Shown piece by piece: positions 32,165 through 33,000 of a stretch of DNA of 33,000 bases. Position 1 is the stretch's first letter, and each line of letters opens with the position of its first letter. Source of the DNA: Octopus bimaculoides (Eukaryota); contig NC_068997.1 of the NCBI RefSeq assembly GCF_001194135.2, forward strand, positions 56,277,303 through 56,310,302. The letters are read 5' to 3'. The notes beneath the pieces were generated by a model, which had not been told where the DNA came from, searched no databases, and saw nothing but the letters and a program-made list of their open reading frames with translations. Made by a program: the position numbers and the translations under genes.

Positions 32165-32281
32165 ATAATTTGGAGTTCCTTGAAAGTTCCTTTCATAACT
32201 TCAAGAATCCATGTTTTAATCCATTTCCTGTGCAGCATTTCATAAGTCATAATTTTGGATTTTAAGTGATAAATTTCTATT
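32165..32281 (-). CDS. Candidate 117-nt internal coding exon (phase 2-2) of an unidentified gene
   Basis: Acceptor TTTTAAATTTTGCATTTGTTCAG and donor AT|GTAAGA; exactly one open frame, IEIYHLKSKIMTYEMLHRKWIKTWILEVMKGTFKELQI; length divisible by 3. Product not recognised. Confidence 0.35.
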
Positions 32282-32459
32282 CTGAACAAATGCAAAATTT
32301 AAAATGCCATTATCGCACCCACTTGATACGTTCCCCGATGTTTCATTTTGTACATTTTTTTGTTGTTGATTCATGCAAAATTCCAATGGAAGACAATTTA
32401 TGGAAACGGTCCAGATGAAGCTAGCATCTTTTATTGTTGTCACAAGGATTCGAATATCA

Positions 32460-32580
32460 TGGCAATAGCTTCATCATCACCATCATTATCATTGTTATCA
32501 TCATCATTACCATTGTTAATATCGTTATCATTGTGATCAACATCATAACTACCACCACCACCACCACCACCATTGCCATT
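32460..32580. repeat. (CAT/TAT/CAC)n degenerate trinucleotide array
   Basis: Directly visible; source of the poly-I/T and poly-G/N ORFs in the track. Confidence 0.9.
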
Positions 32581-33000
32581 GTCAAAGTTATCACCATTTT
32601 TGTTGTTGCCATAATTATCTGTTAACAGAATACCATTGTTCACGAATGAGGCAACTAGTTTTTCCTCTGTTGCTCTGCTGTAATATTCCAGATATTTGTC
32701 TTGAATAACAAACTGTTCTACCATTATCAGAACAAGAGGAGACATCCTATCATCTTTAGCAGGCTACACATGTACATTTGTAAAATGAAGGTCCTCTCTA
32801 AACAATTGGTGTCCTTAGAAGTTTGCCAACATACATGTAGGGTTATCCACTCCACTCCATGAGGAGCACTCATTTCATATATGAACTATTTTTACCTTTG
32901 CAGAGAGGGGAAACTTCTCACCCTTTCTAGCCTTTCTCATCCCTTCCTCCCTTCTCTTGTTTTCTCTCTGTTGCTCTCTCACTCTCTCTCTCTCTCTCTT

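Noticed and set aside
32145-32185. Kinase-like GTPNYV on the minus strand
   Set aside because: That frame has several stops immediately upstream and no other kinase motifs.

Overview
AT-rich, microsatellite-dense, repeat-saturated animal genomic DNA with three assembly gaps. From memory the SINE families look like those of Octopus (coleoid cephalopod); this is recognition, not a database result. No complete protein-coding gene is supportable, and most ORFs in the track are microsatellite or N-gap artefacts. Supported content: two decayed RLE-type (R2/R4/Dong-like) LINEs at the window ends, a dead mariner (D,D34D) transposase, a CR1-type C-terminal fragment, about 16 SINE copies in 3 families, five short (AAC)n-tailed retro-tails, a probable hAT-like element spanning a gap, and one good minus-strand candidate exon. 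The most unusual signal is a set of three same-strand hammerhead-ribozyme-like cores (10.5, 14.8 and 17.8 kb) with no Penelope ORF nearby. Two have palindromic (dimer-type) stem III and one has a rod-like stem II of about 100 nt. They may be relics of a non-autonomous Penelope/retrozyme-like element family. All three lack a clean stem I, so activity is unproven.
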